Below, piece after piece: positions 21,249 to 35,610 of a DNA stretch of 64,000 nt. Each line of letters opens with the position of its first letter. The stretch's first letter is position 1. The position numbers and the translations under genes are program-made. Under the pieces are notes generated by a model, which searched no databases, had not been told where the DNA came from, and saw only the letters and a list, made by a program, of their open reading frames with translations. Origin of the DNA: the human T2T-CHM13v2.0 reference genome, Homo sapiens; the NCBI RefSeq assembly GCF_009914755.1, contig NC_060946.1; one strand, given 5' to 3'.

Positions 21249-21625
21249 TCATGAGAGAAGTCCCGCAATCTGCTGTCTGAAAGCTGGAGACTCAGGAAAG
21301 CTGGTGGTATAGCTCTGAGAACCCAAGGGCTAATGGGGTTCCTGTCAGTCCTAGTCTGAGGGCAGAAAAAGACCCACGTCCAGCTCAAGCAGTCAGGCAC
21401 ACAGCAAATTTGCCCTTCCTCCACCTTTCTGTTCTATTCAGGGCCTCAAGATTTGGATGGTGCCTGCCCACATTGGGGAGGGCCATCTGCTTTACTCAGG
21501 CTACTGAGTCAAATGTTGATCTCCTCAGGGAGGACCCTCAACAGACACATTCTAGAATAATGTTTAGCAAAATATGTGGGCACCCCACGATCCAGCCAAA
21601 TTGATGCATAAAATTAATCATCATA
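21160..21625 (-). mobile_element. MLT2-type ERVL LTR containing (TG)n
   Basis: CTCCAGAGAAACAGAACCAA-(TG)n, AAGCTGGAGACTCAGGAAAGCTGGTGG, CCCACATTGGGGAGGGCCATCTGCTTTACTCAG, ATAAAATTAATCATCA. Confidence 0.82.
21192..21247. repeat. (TG)n microsatellite, ~28 units
   Basis: Read directly. Confidence 0.97.
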
Positions 21626-21849
21626 CCTTCTGTTTTGCATCTCTGTCCTTTTGGTATATTTCCTCAAATTTATATTCCAGCTCTTCTACTAATTGTTTAA
21701 AATCTCTGCTGTTTTTAGTTTCCAAGAGCTCTTTTTAGATTCTCAGAATATTCATTTTTTGCAGTGTCCTGTTCTTGTTTCATGAGTATAATATCTTCTT
21801 CTTTTCTTTCTCTAAGAATGTCAATGGCAGCTTTTAAAATTTTTTCCTA

Positions 21850-22150
21850 GGGCGTATGTGGTGGCTCATGCCTATAACCCCAGTGCTTTGGGCGACCAAA
21901 GCAGGAAGATTGCTTGAGGCCAGGAGTTCGAGACCAGCCTGGGCAACATGGAGAGACTCCATCTGTACAAAAAAATTGTTTTTAAAATTAGCTGGGCATG
22001 GTGGTGCATGCCTGTAGTGCTAGATTCTAGGAAGGCTGAGACGAGAGGATTGCTTGAGCCCAGGAGTTCAAGGTTACAATGAGCTATGAACATGCCACTG
22101 TACTCCAGCCTGGGCAACAGAGTGAGACCCCATCTCTGAAAAAAAGAAAG
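21850..22150 (+). mobile_element. Alu (AluJ-like)
   Basis: GGATTGCTTGAGCCCAGGAGTTCAAGGTTACAATGAGCTATG. Confidence 0.92.
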
Positions 22151-22655
22151 TTTTCCTCCCCTAAAATAGTTTCTATTTCTTCCAAGTTACTTTTACCTGA
22201 GTCATTTGTTTCAGCTTTGCTGCTTTCCTCCCAAGTCTAACAATCCTTGGTTGCCTGTTCATGGGATTGGTCCTTCTGAGTGTGTGAGTGGCGCTTGGTG
22301 ATAAGAGCTTTCCTGAAGGTCATTTGACTGGGAGGATTGGTTTGGGAAATGTCTCTGTATAAAGACATTTTCCCTGGGCTGGTAAGATTCCCTGAAGAAA
22401 CCTCTTCCAGTCTCTTGCCTGACAGTGAAGGACCGGCTGCTAGTGTTCTAGGACAAGGGTGGGAGGAAAGTTGTAGGATTCTCAGCATTCCATATGCACC
22501 TGTCCAGAGGATCTCTCTCACTCTTTCCAGAGTATAAACCTCTAGGTCCCTGCCAGGGAGTGGTTGAGAGGTGTGTTGCATGGCTTCCTGGAGCTGGGGA
22601 GAAGACTCTGGGGCTTTAACATCCTCGAAGAGATGTTCAATTAGTTCTACTCTCA

Positions 22656-22998
<343 letters not shown>

Positions 22999-23479
22999 TA
23001 ACTTTTAATGTCTGTCTGGCCCATTAGTCAGTGAGTGTCCTCAGGACAAGGAACGGTTCCAAATCCTGTCCAAGTCCCCTGAGTCAGCAGAGGACCCAGC
23101 CTCAATCAATCCTAGTTTGATGTTTTAGAAGACAAAACCAGGGTTGACCTTCCCCCAAGAGATCCAAGTTCAGACCCCAGTTCTGCTATTGGCTTACTGG
23201 AATTGGACAAATCATTTTATTTCTCTGCCTCAATTTCTTCATCTGCAAAATGGGTGTCTCCAGATTTCCTCACAAAGTTGACATGAAACAGTGCTAAGAA
23301 GATGTGCGTGGGAGCACTGAATGAGCATTAGACCCGTTTAGAACTGTTGGTGGTTAATAGTAATACTAAAAGAATGACTGCAATGTTAGTAACGGTAGAA
23401 AGAATACAGGACTGGAGGTCAGGAGAGCAAGGCTATAATCCTGTGTCTGCCACTGACTGTTTTTTAAAAATCATGTTAT

Positions 23480-23774
23480 TTTTTATTTTTTTGAGACAGG
23501 ATCTCACTCTGTTGTCCAGGCTGGAGTGCAATGGCACAATCGCAGCTCACTGCAATCTTGACCTCCTGGGCTCAAGCAATCCTCCTACCTCAGCCTCCGG
23601 AGTAGCTGGGACTACAGGTGCACACCATCAGGCCCTGATAATTTTTGTATTTTTTGTAGAGACGGGGTTTTGCCATGTTACCCAGGGTGGTCTTGAACCC
23701 CTGGGCTCCAGCGATCCTCACACCTCAGCCTCCCAAATTTCTGGGATTACAGGCATGAGCCAGTGCTCCTGGCC
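23480..23774 (-). mobile_element. Alu (AluJ-like)
   Basis: CTTGACCTCCTGGGCTCAAGCAATCCTCC. Confidence 0.92.
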
Positions 23775-24350
23775 TAAAATTACTTTAATCATGTCTCTCT
23801 CTCTCTCTCTCAGATTCAATTTCTTCTACTCCTCCTCCTTTATCATCATCAACCTCATCATTATCATTATCATCTACTAAGCATCAGTACAACAATACAA
23901 ACGCGGCATTTGTCATCGTGAGCACTTAGTAAGCACTAGCACTCTCTAAGCACTGTGATTATGTGTGATTGCCTATATAATTTTATCTGATTGCTGTGTT
24001 GACCTCACAAGGTGGGTTTTCTAGCATCAGTTTTACAGTTCAGCAACTGAAGGCTCAGGTCAAATGCATTGCCCAGGAGCACCCGGCTAAGAGGTGAAGA
24101 AGGCGTCAACCGCAGTGTGGTGAGGTTCACAAGCTTGTCTGTCACCTCCAAGCTTCGCTGTCCCCAGGGGCCTCTGGGACCTGCTGAGCTGCAATGCTTT
24201 GTGGTTCTTCTGATGCCTTCAGAAGGGGTATGTGAGACCACACGTTCAGGGGCTGGGGGGCTGCCTCCCGTTATAACTCATGAGAGTTCCTTTCTGACCC
24301 TCATTTTAAGTTCGTTTTACATCACGAGTGTTTTAAGGTTTTTGGTGTGT

Positions 24351-24351
<1 letters not shown>

Positions 24352-24389
<38 letters not shown>
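24352..24389. repeat. poly(T)38
   Basis: Read directly; no Alu body attached. Confidence 0.95.
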
Positions 24390-24390
<1 letters not shown>

Positions 24391-26017
24391 TAGAGTTAAA
24401 ACACACTTTCCCAAGGTTGGCGGCTCAAATGTAGACTTTTAGACACTGTTTGGCTTGGCACAGCTTCCAAACGTCTCCCAGCCACTGTTGCTCTATATTT
24501 CTTTTTGCCAGGACATAGATCAGAAATAACTCAGCTGTGAAAAAAAATTATAAGCTTGCCGGCAGCCCGTGAAGGAGATGAATTGCTGGAGGGCTATTTT
24601 TCCCCCTTGAGTCAGAAGTGTGAAGGTAGGTGGGAGAAGGAGCAAGGTTTTGAAAGACCCATGTATATTTAGGGACCGGGATTGCTTCCATTTTAAGAAA
24701 GATGAGGGTTGAAGCATGCACGCTCCATCAGACAGTCCAGCGCTTTCCCTGCCAGGCTCTTGACGCCCGTCGGTTGGGCCTTCTGGTTAGGGCTGCTAAG
24801 ATCCACAGGCCCAGCTTTGGTTGGTGTGATTCCAACTGGCAAGAAGCATTTTCATTTTGTGGCACGAAAACTTTTTTTTTGCAGGTCAGTTTTGAAGCTT
24901 TCTGTGACCATATCCTGGTTGAAATGCATTCCCCGGTACAGAGGGGAAGCTGTGATTAACAACGGGTGACGTGCAAATATGCTGCACGCATATAACAGCC
25001 ATCACTCCATTATTCAACTTTCTCCATACATTTCTCCAGAGTCTTCATTGTTTCATGTCCACATCAAGGTTGAGAGCCCCTAACTTTCCCTTCCTCCTGG
25101 CCCTTGAAAAGCCCATGTAAGAGGACACACTGCAACAACAGCAACAGCAACCCACAGATACATCTGTGAATATGCTCTTGTGTGTGTTAAAAGAAAAGCA
25201 TGGGCTCACGGCCAAGGCACACTCTGGAAAGTTCTCAGAGAGAGAGAGAGAGAGCTTCTGTTTCTGGCACTCTGCCAGATTCGATACCTTTAATCACTCC
25301 CCTGATTATAACCAAAATGCTGGATAAAATATTGTTTTAATCTTTGTTTTTTTTTTTACACATTGCTGAGTTAGCATGAAAGCAAGAAAGTTACGGATCT
25401 CCAACATGAAGCAAAGGTAGACGCCTTGGAGACTTGGAGCCTGTGTTTCCATAGCTGTGTGAGGTGCAAGGGACAGGAGATAAAGTCTGGGCTTCCCCCA
25501 AGGGGGGCTGTAATAGGAGACCTCTTCAAAGCCTGAGTCCAAAAGGTCTATGTCTAGAGTGTCAGAAAGAATGAAAAGCAAATCTCACCCCGCAGAGGAG
25601 AACAGAAAGGAAGCCTGCCTGCCCTGACCTTGACATTGGGTTGAGAGAAACATATCTCCACTGAGAATCTGTAACCACAAGCTGGCCCTCACGTGATTTT
25701 CAGTTTGAATTCCTGCTACTTGTGTGGTTTAAAAAAACTCAAGTTGAAAATTGAAACTGGCCCCTGCTTGATAGTACCCGCAGTCAGCTTGCAGAAGCAA
25801 ACCTTAAACCTTCCTCGAGGAATTCAGCTACAATCTCAGCCTTATAGAAATGTCCACAAAGTCCCCAAGAAAATGAGCAGCTCCCAGTGAAAATTAATAA
25901 ACTTCACAAGGAAGATAAGAGAACCAGCAGAAACAAGAGACAGTACAAGTGGAACCTTAGAGCTTTCAGATTTGAAATGATCACAGGCAGAATATACACT
26001 TAAAATAACTAGTTTTA

Positions 26018-26578
<561 letters not shown>

Positions 26579-26778
26579 CTAGAAGGAGCTAACAGAATAG
26601 GAGAACGGGCAATACACGAAGAGGTAATGGCTGATACTTTTGTGAAATTATACATAACAAATCTCAGATCCAGGAAGCCCAGTGAATCCCAAGCAAGATA
26701 AATAAAAAGAAATTCACATTTACATACATCCCAAGAAAACTATGGAACATCAGAGAAAAAGAGATGTTGAAAGCATCT

Positions 26779-27124
26779 GGCTAGGCGCCGTGGCTCACAC
26801 CTGTAATCCCAGCACTTTGGGAGGCCGAGGTGGGCAGATCACCTGAGGTCAGGAGTCCAAGGCCATCCTGGCCAACATGGTGAAACACTGTCTCTACTAA
26901 AAATACAAAAATTAGCCTGGCATGGCGGTGGGCACTTATAATCCCAGCTACTGGGAAGACTGAGGCAGGAGAATCACTTGAACTCATGTGGCGGAGGTTG
27001 CAGTGAGCCGAGATCACCCCATTGCACTCCAGCCTGGGCAACAAGAGTGAAACTACGCCTCAAAAACAAACAAACAAACAAAAGCCCCCCAAAACAAAAC
27101 AAGACAAGCAAACAAACAAAAAAA
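26779..27124 (+). mobile_element. Alu with (CAAA)n tail
   Basis: Full Alu. Confidence 0.94.
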
Positions 27125-27993
27125 CTCTAAAGGATCATTTACAGCTGATGTATCACTATCCTCAATGGAAACCAGGAGACAGTGGAATTATATCTTTCAT
27201 GTGCTGGAAAAAAAACAACGGTCAACTTAGAACTCTTTACTATCCTACTGAACTGAGGGTGAAATGAAGACATATTCAGACAAAAAGAAATGGTGAGATT
27301 TTACCTCCAAAAGATCTTCACTAAGGACACATTTAAATGTAATGTAGTTCAGACAGAATCAAAATTATTCCAGAGAAAAGGCAAGGCATACAAGAAGGAA
27401 CAATGGGCACATATGTTGGAAACATTTGATGGAAAACTAAACAACAACGGAGTATAGGACTCCACGATAATAATGCCTAACTTATGGTAGGAAAAATGGG
27501 CTAGTATTAAAATACTGGACAATACCATATAATATGGGACGGATGCTCAAAATTCAAGTTGTGAATGTCTTTCCATTATTTGGGGAGAAGGCAAATATAT
27601 TAAGTTTAGACTTTGTTAAGTGCTCAGTGTTAAGATAGCTAGAGTAAGCACTAAAAACTAGTCATAGAGCTGATAACTTCTAAATAATTAGAAAGAAAAA
27701 ATAGGATAAGAAAAAGAAGATAAAAATCTCAAATGATACAAAGGAAGATTAGAAAGGGGGCTGAGGGTAGGAAATATAGAATGAATAGAAAATACATTAT
27801 GAGACCATGGAAATTAATCTACATTTATGTTGTCAGTAATTCATATTAAAGGACTAAACACTTTAGTTGAAAGATGACTGTCTGAATGAATTTTAAAAAC
27901 AGAGATTATGTTCTGTTTACAAGAGAGCATAATCCCATACCTCAAACATAGGAACCAAGAACTGTTGAAAGTCCAAGTATAGAAAAAATATGT

Positions 27994-28315
<322 letters not shown>

Positions 28316-28592
28316 TCAATTTATATATAATATCATCATAGCTGCAAAAAATATAAAGCAAAAATGGAAGGGACAAGAATAGATATCTCCACCTTTAGGA
28401 TGGGATATTTTTAGGCCATTTTGGTGAAGAAATCAAAGATTTGAGGAACACAATGACAAGTTTCATATAATCAACATGTAGCATATGAAACCCCGAAATG
28501 GGGGAGAACACATTCTTTTCAAGCATGCATGGGACATTTGGAAAGTATCATAGACTATAAAGCTAACCTCAATGCACGTCCAAGATCAGGCT

Positions 28593-29037
28593 GGTAGGTC
28601 GGATCTCCTGGGAGTCAGGCTCTGAGATGGGGATTGGGGTGCAGGAATTTTATTTGGGAACATTCCTTGGATCAGCACTTGTGGAATGCATGGGATGAGA
28701 CAGGTCTGCACAGATGGAGAGGTGGAGCAGCAATGCAATACCCACGGAAGCCTCTGCCAGCTCCGCAGAGAGTGCTGGAGCTGGGTAGTCCTTCAGAAGG
28801 GTGTGAGTTGGTAAGGAACCAGGCCTTTACATTCTCACCCTGAGCAGCCATTGCATGCAGGCTGCTCATTGAAGGAGGCATGGTCTTGACTGGGCAAGTC
28901 AATTTCCTCAGCCCACATAACTTCCTAAGAGAGCAGACAGCTGGGGGCCATCCTCCAGCAGCTCTCGCAGCAGCTGGGGGACTAAGTCCTTCGTTCCGGA
29001 AGAGGAAGCTGTGCTGTAGTCATAGCTTCCACCACAA
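28593..29037 (-). mobile_element. LTR16C-like ERVL LTR
   Basis: GCAGGAATTTTATTTGGG, GGATCAGCACTTGTGG, CAGCAGCTGGGGGACTAAGTCCTTC, ending CTTCCACCACA, resembling recalled LTR16 consensus. Confidence 0.7.
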
Positions 29038-29311
29038 TGTGTACACAGACTATATTCTCTGATCACAATCTAAACAAGTTAGATGTTAATAACCAAAAAG
29101 ACAACAAGCAAATGCCTGTACTTTAGGAAAAACAGTACATCCAAACAACTCGCGGTCCAAAAACGAAATCACAACTAAAATTAGAAAATACTTAGAATTG
29201 AGCATTCACAAAAATGTTTTGCATCACGACTTGTGAGATCCAACCAAAGCAGTATTTAGAGGAGTGTTTATAATCTTAAATGCTTGTATTGGCAAATAAG
29301 AAATGCTTCAT

Positions 29312-29622
29312 GGCCCAGGTGTGGTGGCTCACGTCTGTAATCTCAGAACTTTGAGAGGCCGAGGTGGGTGGATTGCTTGAGCCCAGGAGTTCGAGACCAG
29401 CCTGGGCAACCTGGCAAAACCATGTCTCTACAAAAAATACAAGAATTAGCTGGGCATGGTGGTGCACACCTGTAGTCCCAGTTACTTTGGAGGCTGAGGC
29501 AGGAGGATTGCTTGAGCCCAGGAGGTGAAAGTTACAGTGAGCTGAGATGGTGCCACTGCACTCCAGCATGGGCAAAAGAGAAAGACTCTGTCTCAAAAAT
29601 AAAACAAAAGAAGAAGAAAAAA
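29312..29622 (+). mobile_element. Alu (AluJ-like)
   Basis: Full Alu; TSD AAGAAATGCTTCA. Confidence 0.94.
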
Positions 29623-29731
29623 GAAATGCTTCAAATGAACGAACTAAGCATCTGACTTAAAAGTTAAAATAAGAACAGCAGAATAAACCCCAAGATATTA
29701 AAAGGAATCAAATGTTAAGAACAGAAATTAG

Positions 29732-30031
<300 letters not shown>

Positions 30032-30058
30032 TTAATGACGTAGAAAACAAACCTAAAT

Positions 30059-30378
30059 GGTTGGGAATGGTGGCTTACACCTGTAATCCCGCACTTTGAG
30101 AGGCCGAGGCAGGTGGATCACTTGAGACCAGGAGTTCAAGACCAGCTTGGCCAACATGGCAAAACCCTGTCTCTGCTAAAAAATACAAAAATAAGCCAGG
30201 CGTGGTGGTGGGCACCTGTAGTCCCAGCTACTCGGGAGGCTGAGGCAGGAGAATCACTTGAACCCAGGAGTTGGGAGGCTGCAGTGAGCTGAGATCACAC
30301 CACTGTACTCCAGCTTGGGCAACAGAGTGAGATGCCATCACACAAAAAAACAAAAAACAAACAAACAAACAAAAAAAC
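30059..30378 (+). mobile_element. Alu
   Basis: Full Alu; TSD GAAAACAAACCTAA. Confidence 0.94.
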
Positions 30379-31081
30379 CGGAAAACAAACCTAAGTAGGG
30401 AAGAGAATCAAAGACAAAATATTATTTTTTGAAAGGACTAAAAAATTATAAAAATCTCTTACAAGTTTAAGACATAAGAGAGAGCACAGATAAACAATAC
30501 TAGGGATGAAAGAAGGGACATAATTCTAGATTTTTCATAGAGTAAATGAATAATATTAAATATCACAAGACTGTTATAAGTGACTGTATGCCAATACATA
30601 AGAAGTCTTAAACAAAATTGCCAAATTCCTAGAAAAATACAATTTACTGAAGTTGACTCAAGAAAAAACAGAAAACCTGAAAGGTCCTATAATCACTTAA
30701 TACATTAATTTAGTAGTTTAAAATCTTCCTATAAAGAAAACGTCTGTCCCAGATGACAATTCCAGATATGTGAATTTGGAATTCACCAAATTAATAGCCC
30801 AGCTCTCTCTGGAAGATGGTGGGATGAACCAAATCCTAATTTGGCTAAACAGTCAAAGAACAAATCAGTTCAAGCTTACCCAAATTTCTACTCCACAGTG
30901 GAGAAACACAGTCAACACTTACCAGTTTACCTTATTCGGTTAGCATAAGCTGGCTAATCAGATGATGACAGTACAATAAAGAAAACTTTCAAGTCAATTT
31001 TACCCATGAGCATAGATTCCAAGAATTCTTGAAAATTATTAGCACAGTGAATTCAGCAATAATAATAAAAAATACAGTACA

Positions 31082-31410
<329 letters not shown>

Positions 31411-31839
31411 TTATGTTTATCTTATGAATGCAATTCCTATTATTAGGAAATTAATTAATATAATTCATTCCATTAACAGCTTAAAGAAAAAACACATAAT
31501 CATTGCAATAGGACCTGGGTGACATCAGGCACTATTGTTCACCTGGTTGAGGTTTGGGAGACTTTACGACTTATACTGTGGGCAGGAGATAGTGGAGGGG
31601 CCCCGTCTATGGGAATCGGGTGGGAAACTGAGAAGGGTGTGCATGGAAGTGGCAATGATTATGAATCTGGCTTTGGACAAAATAGGATAGGAGGTAGTAC
31701 TCTACGCGCCCCCTTCCTGCTTTTTGGGGCCTGGAGAGGAAACCCAAGTTATCTAAATGGCTTGACTCTTCCTCTCCCTCTGCCCACACCCACCCCCATC
31801 TCGCTATCTCACTGTAAGTCTCTTCTGTGATTATTATCA

Positions 31840-32250
31840 CCTGGGGGTTGCAACCTCCAAAGCCTACAGTGGCCAGACAGGTGGCAAAAATGTATAACGT
31901 GGGCTGAGCGTAAAAAATATTAGATATTACACAGTTTACATATAATGCATTTTGGTTGCATGCTTCTTAAAAATTGCCTTCTGTCACCTGAAGAAAATTG
32001 TTTCTGATTTTTTTTCTTCAAATAGGCAGACTTCTCTGCCCAGCTTTCTTTCCTGCACACTTGATGGGGCAAGGAAATACTCCCTCGCTGTAAAAAGCAC
32101 ATCAGTGAAGCCCAGTGCTCGACAGCAGCTGACCTGGGCCCCCAGAGCTGGGGATGCAGCAGGGAGCGGTGAAGCCTGTAGCAAACTGAAGAGTGTGTGT
32201 CCCAATCCGAAGGCACAGCCCAGATGTAGTTCAAGGCAATTTTTGTCATC
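31840..32250. mobile_element. hAT-Charlie (MER102-like) DNA transposon remnant
   Basis: GGGGGTTGCAACCTCCAAAGCCTACAGTGGCCAGACAGGT start and TGTAGCAAACTGAAGAGTG internal motif. Confidence 0.5.
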
Positions 32251-33229
32251 TTAAAAAACGGGCCTGGGGAGAATCCACAGAGTTTGGTGATGAGTTGGAT
32301 GGGAGATGTGGGGTTAAGGAGCTCAGAGAAGTTTTGGGAGATGCCAGGTTTCAGGCTGGGGGTCTCTGTGCAGTGGTGCCTCCCACTGACAGAAGACAGA
32401 GAGGGAAGGGCAATGGCTTTGGACAAACTGAGTTTGCAACTGGCTGTAGGACATCCTGGGGGCTGTCGTGGGTGGGTCAGGGCTCCAGGAGGCAGCCCAT
32501 TCTCTCTGGAAGACGGTGGGACGAACCAATACGGCCTCTGAGTCTGACTCTGCGTCTACCTCAGGCAAATTGCGTCAGCCTCTGGAGTCTCCTTTTCTTC
32601 TGCACGGAGGCAGTGATACCATGAAGCCTCCACTTCTGTGAAATGGAGACTTGGACCTGGTCAGTGGTTCCGTGCTTCTTTTGATTATTCGCCGCACCCC
32701 AGCCTGGCAGAGGCACTTGATGTTATCCGGAGCCTGGGCTGCCTGGGTGGGGACACAAGCCTCCATTTCACAGAAGAAGTGGAGTCTTTCATGCACCAAG
32801 GCAGCGGAGGGGGCAGGACACAGCCTGGGCCCCTCGCAGACCCTAGAGGTCCCCGACGTGGCCCCTTCCTCCTCTGAGCCTTGCTGGCTGCAACCGCCCA
32901 GTCGTTCTCAGCAGGGATGGAAGAAGCCTCAGTGAGAAGCCCGGCGATGGCCGGGGCGCTGCTGCCCTCGTGTGGCCGACATGGAGAGGTGCCGGTTATG
33001 ATGAGCAGGGAGTGATTTTCTGGCGAAACGCGGCCGCACGGCTCAGGCTGTTCCACTGACAAACTGCAGCTGACTCTCCCTGTTGACCGGGGTTTGATTC
33101 CAGCACTGCCCAGCTGGAACCCAGCACTGCGTGACACTGGGAATGTCTCTTTTCTGGGCCTCAGTTTCCCCAGCTGGAAAATGATGGAAGCAGGGGTTTT
33201 ATGGGGGCTAAGTGAAGTCACGGATGTGA

Positions 33230-34020
<791 letters not shown>

Positions 34021-35576
34021 TAACTCTGTGAGCACCAATTCCCCCGAGGCACTCTGCCCTCTGCTGACGGGATCATCTCGTCTTACCTGCCACCACCTGG
34101 GAGGCAGGTGTCACCGACATCCACATGGGAATGAGACAGGACAGCAGTGGGTGAGTGAGGTGACCTGCCCAAGGGCACAAGGCTTTGAAAACAGCAGTGG
34201 TGGGTTGGGAGCTGGACTCGAACCTGGCCTGTCTTTTCCACCACTTTTAGAGAAGTGCAGGACTCACACATAGGAGGGCTTTGGATTCCAGCTCAAGGAG
34301 GGTCTGCAGGTTACAGTGAGGGCCCGAAACTCAGAAAGCGAGGGGGCCTGCCCAGCAGTCTGGCCCGCGGAGCCCTCCCAGCTGCCCATGGATTGCATCA
34401 CTGTCCCAAGGGGAGACAGGGCTGTCCTGCCGGCTGCCTCTTTGAGTCACCGTGTGGCCAGGGAGTCCTGCTGGCCTCCACAGTCACCGCCAAACCATTT
34501 TGGCCTTGGTCTTTCAAAGCCAGGTCATTTTGGGAAAACTGAGGACATCCAGCACCATGGAGGGGCGTGTGTGTCTCTGCACTGGCTGATGAAGGGAGGT
34601 GGGTGGGGAGAGTTAGAGTGCTTCGATCAACCTTGACCTTTAGACCAGCCGGTCTGACCTCTCATTATATAGACAGGCAGGGAAACTGAGGCCAGGGAGG
34701 AGATGGCAATTTGTAGGGGGCCCAGGCATGCTATGTTTTACTGCAGGCCCCTCTTCTGTTATGAAGGATGGTGGGCTAGTTTGCTGAAAAGGGAGGTGAG
34801 CAGAGGCAGAGGAAGGTGGTCTCTCGGGGACAGTGTCTGAGGACTCCGTTCTGTCTGCTTGTCGTTTTAGACAAGAGAGTCTGCAGCTCTTGCAGGGGGC
34901 CTGGTGTAACCCCTATAACCCCTAGCAGTGGTTGCAACCTGCTGAAACCAGCCTTTGGGGAAAGAGCTGCTCCCTGGACCCTTGTGAGGGAGGGGGTTGG
35001 AGGCTATTTCTGCAAACTGGCAGTGGGTCTATTGGGGACCCTGCACCTTCCCAGCCTCCTGGGGCCTGGACGACCCGGGTCCCTATCTGAGCCCCACCTT
35101 CTCTTGCTGTGTGATATTAGGGGAGTCACTGCACCTCTCTGAGCCTCCTCTGTAATATAGCAATGAATCCTACCTTGCAGAACTGGTGAGGAGATCATCT
35201 TAAACCGTGCTCCGTTCTCTCCTTCTCCACTAAGCGTGATTGTGCTTGCAATTAAATGGTTCTTTGTGTAATAAGTTGTTTAATCTCAGCCGCCGGTCCT
35301 CAGAGCCTGCAGGGACCATGAACATCTTGTTGGTCACCATGTCACTGGGCTGCCCCGCTGCACATTTGGGGAGTGAATGGAGATTTTTAGTCTGACACAC
35401 CTCCAACATGTAAAAACGTCATGTCTGGGAAAAACACCTGAAACAGCTGTTGGGAGAAACTTGTGGGGAGGAGGATGTCGCGCCCCCGGCGGGAGCCCGG
35501 GACACATTGCCCAGGGCTGCAGACCGCTGTGCCCGTCTCAGTCTGGAAGGACCAAGGAGATGAGTGGGCACCAGCG

Positions 35577-35610
35577 TGCACTTCTCGCTTGCGTCCAGCA
35601 GGTGGCGCCC
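35577..35610 (+). promoter_or_regulatory. CTCF binding site (core plus upstream module)
   Basis: CCAGCAGGTGGCGC at 35595-35608 fits CCASYAGRKGGCRS exactly; TGCACTTCT upstream; local CpG-rich patch. Confidence 0.75.

Noticed and set aside
34549-34570. REST/RE1-like TCCAGCACCATGGAGGGGCG
   Set aside because: Only the left half matches; the GGACAG half is broken
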